Shown: piece by piece, positions 24,161 to 26,002 of the stretch
Position numbering within the stretch: position 1 is the first letter of the stretch
Layout of the letters: each line of letters opens with the position of its first letter
From: a virus
Lineage: Duplodnaviria > Caudoviricetes
IMG/VR virus record: IMGVR_UViG_3300025141_000642
Span: 1-26,002 of that record
Length of the DNA: 26,002 bases
Reading direction: 5' to 3' (one strand)
Notes under the pieces: generated by a model
Databases searched by the model: none
Told to the model about the DNA's origin: nothing
What the model saw: only the letters and a program-made list of their open reading frames with translations
Translations under genes and position numbers: made by a program

Positions 24161-26002
24161 ATGTCAGACATACATCTAAGCGGTTTTCTCTTCAATGCCT
24201 CTGGAGCTGCAGTGAGCGGTGCCACAGTAGAAGCGTTCGCTAAGAATACTGTGACCGAGACTGGCGGTACTGCTGTCACTGGTGGGAGCACTACTACCAA
24301 TAGCTCTGGTTACTACACCATGACTGTTACTTCGGACAATGAGCACGACATACGCATCACCAGCGGTAACAGCGTCCGCTGGCGCAGGTTCGATGACCGA
24401 CTGCAGATGGAAGAGCTTGAAGTATCTGTCCTGAATATCAGGGAAGGTGCTACTGCCCAGGTCTACACGATAGCTCCTGGAAGTATCAGCGCCGATAGGA
24501 CGCTGACACTTCCTGCTGCGACTGGCAATGACACCCTGGCCTCTCTCGGTTTGGCTCAGACATTCTCTGCTGCTCAGACGTTCACTGGCGCAGTGACTGT
24601 AGGCTCTGACGGCAGCGGTGCCGATGTCATCTTTTACTCTGGCACCAGTGGGGACAACCTCACCTGGGATGCCAGTGAAGAACAACTGGTCATCACAGGC
24701 ACAGCCTGCACAACTGCTCTTAACGTAGCGGCTGGTAACGTCACGATGGCCGCAAACCTTACGGTGTCAGGCAATCTGACAGTCAGCGGTACTCAGACCA
24801 CGGTAGATAGTACGACCATCAATGCCACCAATGCTTTCGTATTTGAAGGCGCGACGGCTGACGCACATGAGACTACTCTCGCCATAGTCGATCCCACGGC
24901 TGACGCTACGATAAACCTCCCTGCTATGAGCGCTGGCACCTACTACTTGCCAGTGATGGCAGCGGCTTCTACTACTGCCGTGTCTTCTACTCCAGCAGAG
25001 TTGAACCTACTAGACGGGTCCTCTGCTAACACGGTGGTGAACAGTAAGGCTGTCATCTACGGCTCTGGTGGTGAAGTAGCCGGGACTCTTTCGACTGCGG
25101 CTCAGGCCAACGTAACTACCTTGGCAGGGCTGACTTCACTGGGTGCAGCGGGTGCTACCACTAATATAGTGGCTGGCGATGTCACCATGTACAACGCCGT
25201 CAACTGCGGCGATCCAACCATTAGCCTTGGCTCTACTTCAGCAGAGCGGCTGATCATCACTGCCAACTACGATGCCTGCGCTCAGACACTCTGTAATGTG
25301 GAGTTTGCTACAGCAGCGGCATCTGGTACGGCAAACAAAGGAAAGTTTGTCTTCGATGTAGACGGTACTGACATCGCCACCATAGATGACGGTGGGATCG
25401 ACATCGCATCGGGCAAGACCTTTTCTATAAACGGGAGCGATGTAGCTACTAGCGATACCACCTACACGGCAGGCGATGGACTCACTCTTACGGGAACAGA
25501 CTTCGACCTGGACGCGGCACTGACCACAGTGACCAGCATCCTGGCTACTGACATCAAGATTGGCGAGGACGATCAGACAAAGGTTGATTTTGCTGACGCC
25601 AATATCATCAACCTACACGCCAATAACATCAAAGCTCTCAGTGTTCACAACACATCGAGCAAAGGTGAACTGCGGTTCTACGAGGGGTGTAACTATGTAG
25701 GCTTTGCAGCCCCTGCTCTATCTGCTGACCAGGTGTGGGCATTGCCCACGGCTGACGGTTCATGCGGCCAGGCGTTAACTACAGATGGTTCTGGTGCGCT
25801 TTCCTGGGCGTCGGCTGGCGGCGGCGTTGTTTCTGGTGGCACCGATAATGCAATCCTTCGTGCTGACGGTACTGGTGGGTCAACATCACAAGGGTCAGGA
25901 GTAACCATCGCCGACACAACGGGCGATATAACCTTGCCTGCGGCTGGTCAGATATTTGTTGGCAATGGTTCGGCAGGCGACCCATCATACACGTTTATCT
26001 GC
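24161..26002 (+). CDS. Tail fibre / receptor-binding protein, 5' part (614 codons, runs off the right edge)
   Basis: ATG at 24161 after a GGAG SD, no in-frame stop seen. T/S/G/A-rich fibre motifs (NLTVSGNLTVSGTQTTVDSTT, FEGATADAHETTL, TPAELNLLDG, YTAGDGLTL, WALPTADG..GQALTTDGSGALSW). Absent from the ORF track, presumably because it has no stop in the window. Confidence 0.9.
   Translation, partial: MSDIHLSGFLFNASGAAVSGATVEAFAKNTVTETGGTAVTGGSTTTNSSGYYTMTVTSDNEHDIRITSGNSVRWRRFDDRLQMEELEVSVLNIREGATAQVYTIAPGSISADRTLTLPAATGNDTLASLGLAQTFSAAQTFTGAVTVGSDGSGADVIFYSGTSGDNLTWDASEEQLVITGTACTTALNVAAGNVTMAANLTVSGNLTVSGTQTTVDSTTINATNAFVFEGATADAHETTLAIVDPTADATINLPAMSAGTYYLPVMAAASTTAVSSTPAELNLLDGSSANTVVNSKAVIYGSGGEVAGTLSTAAQANVTTLAGLTSLGAAGATTNIVAGDVTMYNAVNCGDPTISLGSTSAERLIITANYDACAQTLCNVEFATAAASGTANKGKFVFDVDGTDIATIDDGGIDIASGKTFSINGSDVATSDTTYTAGDGLTLTGTDFDLDAALTTVTSILATDIKIGEDDQTKVDFADANIINLHANNIKALSVHNTSSKGELRFYEGCNYVGFAAPALSADQVWALPTADGSCGQALTTDGSGALSWASAGGGVVSGGTDNAILRADGTGGSTSQGSGVTIADTTGDITLPAAGQIFVGNGSAGDPSYTFIC

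Larger units (their letters stand above)
1..26002. mobile_element. Tailed dsDNA bacteriophage (podovirus-like) packaging and structural gene module
   Basis: Contiguous terS-terL-portal-ejection proteins-scaffold-MCP-adaptor-nozzle-fibre genes with tight or overlapping junctions. No tape-measure or sheath gene, host housekeeping gene or integrase in the window. Confidence 0.95.

Noticed and set aside
2643-25988. Numerous minus-strand and alternate-frame ORFs of 60-200 aa overlapping the structural genes
   Set aside because: They lie within long coherent + strand genes, lack recognisable motifs, and are expected shadow ORFs at this GC content.
1-26002. tRNA/rRNA genes, integrase or att sites, introns/inteins, host assignment
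   Set aside because: None recognisable by eye; TerL, portal and MCP are of normal size and uninterrupted. The host cannot be supported from this window alone.

Overview
The whole window is the packaging and virion-morphogenesis module of a tailed dsDNA phage with a podovirus-like (short tail plus ejection proteins) gene set. Two leftward early-type genes (<1-78, 167-634) diverge from the late module across a dense palindrome cluster (728-836). The + strand then carries terS, a small conserved hypothetical, terL, portal, three Cys-free putative ejection proteins, an unannotated 43-aa Mu Com-like zinc ribbon, scaffold, HK97-fold major capsid, a cement/decoration protein, small virion proteins, head-tail adaptor, nozzle/tail tube and a tail fibre running off the right edge. 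The third ejection protein is a 3087-aa polyvalent protein with two ADP-ribosyltransferase-like domains. Most interesting: (1) the Com-like gene is translationally coupled to the giant gene and sits directly before a structured scaffold/capsid leader containing a Com-type site and an SD-sequestering hairpin; (2) domain modules in the giant protein are bounded by DNA-identical in-frame repeats; (3) TerL has non-canonical Walker A, Walker B and nuclease motifs; (4) GGACC repeats are enriched inside terS; (5) a predicted pseudoknot lies upstream of the cement gene. All assignments come from reading the sequence by eye; no database searches were run.
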